Below are positions 62,090 to 64,000 of a stretch of 64,000 bases of DNA, in pieces. The position numbers and the translations under genes are program-made. Below the pieces are notes generated by a model. It was not told where the DNA came from. It made no database searches and was given only the letters and a program-made list of their open reading frames with translations. The DNA is taken from contig JAJTCJ010000034.1 of the NCBI GenBank assembly GCA_021323165.1, positions 20,577 to 84,576 of the forward strand, in the 5' to 3' direction. The stretch's first letter is position 1, and each line of letters starts with the position of its first letter. This stretch comes from Bacteroidota bacterium (GTDB taxonomy: Bacteria > Bacteroidota > Bacteroidia > 2-12-FULL-35-15).

Positions 62090-62097
62090 TATTTTTG
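62090..62097 (+). promoter_or_regulatory. -7 promoter box TATTTTTG upstream of the MBL-rhodanese gene
   Basis: Exact TAnnTTTG match, 18 nt before ATG 62116. Confidence 0.45.
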
Positions 62098-62115
62098 CAA
62101 TAAATAAAATCAAAG

Positions 62116-63510
62116 ATGTACATCGAGCAACTTTATACTTCCTGCCTTGCTGAAGCGGCATATTATATAGAATCTGACGGAGTAGCGGCTATAATAGATC
62201 CATTGCGTGAAACAACGCCTTATATAGCTTTGGCTAAAAAAAGGAACGCAACCATAAAATATGTGTTTGAAACACACTTCCATGCCGATTTCGTATCCGG
62301 CCATATCGATCTGGCGCGCGCCTCCGGTGCTTCCATTGTTTATGGACCAACAGCAGAAACAGGTTATGAGACTTATGTTGCAAAAGACAATGAGATCTTT
62401 GAGATCGGTAAGATCAAAATTAAAGTATTGCATACTCCCGGTCACACGCTCGAATCTTCCTGCTTTTTGCTGATGGATGAGAATGGCAAGGATCACGCTA
62501 TTTTTACGGGTGACACTCTTTTTGTAGGTGATGTCGGAAGACCTGATCTTGCAATAAAAAGCGATCTTACCGTGGATGATCTCGCAGGTATGCTTTATGA
62601 TTCCCTTAATAGCAAAATAAAGCCATTAGCTGATGAAGTGATCGTTTATCCTGCGCATGGAGCCGGATCATCATGCGGAAAGAATATCGGCAAGGAAACA
62701 TTCTCAACTATCGGGCAGCAAAAAAAGCTGAATTACGCAATGCAGCCGATGAGTAAAGAAGAGTTCGTGAAAGCTGTTACGACCGGACTTACAGAAGCTC
62801 CTCAATATTTTGCGTTAGATGCAACATTAAATAAAAAAGGATATTCTAGCATTGATGAAGTATTGAATAAAAATACGGTTGCTCTCTCTGTAACTGAATT
62901 TGAAGCGGAAATAAATAAAGGTTCAGTAATTCTTGATGTAAGAACACCGGATGAGTTTGAAAAAGGATTTATTCCTGATTCGGTGAATATCGGATTGAAT
63001 GGTCAGTATGCCCCATGGGTTGGATCATTATTGAATCCAAATGTTCCTTTGATCCTCGTTACAGATGAAGGAAAAGAAACGGAAGCAGTCCTTCGTCTTG
63101 CGCGTGTTGGTTATGAAAAGGTAAACGGTTATCTGAAAGGCGGTTTCAACTCCTGGAAAAATGCAGGTAAAGCTGTTGATACAGTTCAGAGTATTACTGC
63201 AACGGATTTTGCTGCAAAGTTGGAAAGTAATCCTGAGTTAAACGTGCTTGATGTGCGTAAACCCGGAGAAGTCGAAAGCGGAATGGTTGAAGGTGCGAAT
63301 CATATTTGTTTATCGGGTTTGCAAAAAGAATTAAATGCACTTGATAAAAACAAACAATATTATATTCATTGCGCTGGCGGTTATCGTTCAATGATGGCTG
63401 CTTCAATATTGAAGAAGAAAGGATTTGATAATGTCATTAACGTATTAGGCGGAATGGGTAAGATCAAAGAAACCGGATTAAAATTAGTACAGCCAATTTC
63501 ATCATTATAA
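62116..63510 (+). CDS. MBL-fold hydrolase (persulfide-dioxygenase-like) fused to two rhodanese domains
   Basis: Metallo-beta-lactamase motif ETHFHADFVSGH and HTPGHT. Two C-terminal rhodanese-like modules, the second with active-site loop HCAGGYRS. Confidence 0.85.
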   Translation: MYIEQLYTSCLAEAAYYIESDGVAAIIDPLRETTPYIALAKKRNATIKYVFETHFHADFVSGHIDLARASGASIVYGPTAETGYETYVAKDNEIFEIGKIKIKVLHTPGHTLESSCFLLMDENGKDHAIFTGDTLFVGDVGRPDLAIKSDLTVDDLAGMLYDSLNSKIKPLADEVIVYPAHGAGSSCGKNIGKETFSTIGQQKKLNYAMQPMSKEEFVKAVTTGLTEAPQYFALDATLNKKGYSSIDEVLNKNTVALSVTEFEAEINKGSVILDVRTPDEFEKGFIPDSVNIGLNGQYAPWVGSLLNPNVPLILVTDEGKETEAVLRLARVGYEKVNGYLKGGFNSWKNAGKAVDTVQSITATDFAAKLESNPELNVLDVRKPGEVESGMVEGANHICLSGLQKELNALDKNKQYYIHCAGGYRSMMAASILKKKGFDNVINVLGGMGKIKETGLKLVQPISSL

Positions 63511-63523
63511 AAAATTTAAGAAT

Positions 63524-63925
63524 ATGAAAAAAAGTATTTTTCTGTTATTAGCTATTATCTCTGTTAGCTTTGCCAATGCACAGTCAGGGTCTCCTAAAGT
63601 TGTCACTAATCTTTCAGCAGAAAGATTCAAGGCTGCATCAGAAAATGATAAGTCAGGAGTAATCATTGATCTAAGAACTCCGGAAGAGATCAAACAAAAA
63701 GGTTCTATCAAGGATGCGGTGTTGATCGACTATCTTGCAAAGGATGCAGAAAAGAAGATCGATCAGCTTGATAAAAATAAAACCTATTATGTGTATTGTG
63801 CGGGTGGTGGCAGAAGCGGGGAGTGTGCCGAATACATGGAAAAGCATGGATTCAAACGTGTTTACAATCTGGAAAAAGGATTTTCTGAGTGGATCACGAA
63901 AGGATTTCCTATTGAGAAAAAATAA
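63524..63925 (+). CDS. Secreted single-domain rhodanese (sulfurtransferase)
   Basis: Signal peptide MKKSIFLLLAIISVSFANAQ and active-site loop YCAGGGRS. Confidence 0.8.
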   Translation: MKKSIFLLLAIISVSFANAQSGSPKVVTNLSAERFKAASENDKSGVIIDLRTPEEIKQKGSIKDAVLIDYLAKDAEKKIDQLDKNKTYYVYCAGGGRSGECAEYMEKHGFKRVYNLEKGFSEWITKGFPIEKK

Positions 63926-64000
63926 AAAAGTATCGACAGATTAATTTTATTCTTCTTTTTCTGCCGGTTCTTTTTCTTTGTTATTCTTTTCTTTTATCTC

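Noticed and set aside
62110-62496. 128-aa minus-strand ORF and 70-aa plus-strand ORF overlapping the 5' part of the MBL-rhodanese gene.
   Set aside because: They are fully contained in a well-supported coding frame with clear family motifs. Their translations are Cys/Phe/Ile-rich noise.
63947-64000. End of a minus-strand ORF (..EIKEKNNKEKEPAEKEE-stop) running off the right edge.
   Set aside because: Only 17 codons are visible, which is too short to call or name.
1-64000. Transposases, integrases, IS elements, toxin-antitoxin or restriction/defence gene sets.
   Set aside because: None of the ORF translations shows DDE, tyrosine- or serine-recombinase, nuclease/ATPase defence or TA hallmarks that I recognise. 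The only mobile-element trace is the truncated ORF6N gene plus the small non-coding repeats.

Overview
This is a chromosomal window from a Bacteroidota-type genome. That placement rests on type IX secretion (T9SS) cargo with type-A and type-B C-terminal sorting domains, a PorP/SprF gene, TAnnTTTG -7 promoter boxes in front of many genes, and the ileS / dksA-like / lspA gene order. I count about 45 protein genes and 2 tRNAs (Ala-GGC, Gln-TTG). I found no rRNA, CRISPR array, transposase or integrase. Housekeeping genes are ileS, lspA, asd, recJ, dnaG, slyD, an aminotransferase + omega-amidase pair, an aldehyde dehydrogenase and an acyl-CoA dehydrogenase. They alternate with surface or secreted-protein loci: a 2678-aa repeat adhesin with its PorP/SprF partner, a triple lamin-tail-domain protein, and PKD, GloVer-repeat and CotH proteins with T9SS tails. 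Main observations: (1) ileS has no stop codon at its normal end. It reads in frame through a ~165-aa histone-H1-like K/A/P repeat into a DksA/TraR-like domain that is normally a separate gene (one 1481-aa ORF). (2) A tightly packed minus-strand gene array (32.6-37.7 kb) with a divergent partner combines three output-less receiver proteins, an HTH-like/helical-repeat protein, a T9SS PKD protein and small secreted or membrane proteins, with no kinase. (3) The asd leader looks like a classic attenuator: promoter box, leaderless 17-codon uORF, alternative hairpins and an intrinsic terminator. (4) A perfect 26-bp tandem duplication resets the 5' end of a small gene coupled to a receiver gene. (5) Two neighbouring genes (glutaryl-CoA-dehydrogenase-like, TauE/SafE) each lack about 40 codons near the 5' end, one in frame and one out of frame. 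(6) At least three families of short GC-rich hairpin repeats populate intergenic regions. The same applies to a 1.1-kb ORF-poor region that shares a ~120-nt element with the ileS-lspA spacer and holds a promoter-equipped 51-codon Cys/Lys-rich ORF. (7) A three-gene overlapping operon encodes a lipoprotein, a CotH kinase-like T9SS protein and a 54-aa membrane protein, next to a phage-type ORF6N remnant. All homology calls come from reading the translations and remembering family motifs. Nothing was searched or computed, and coordinates of hairpins and repeats were hand-counted.
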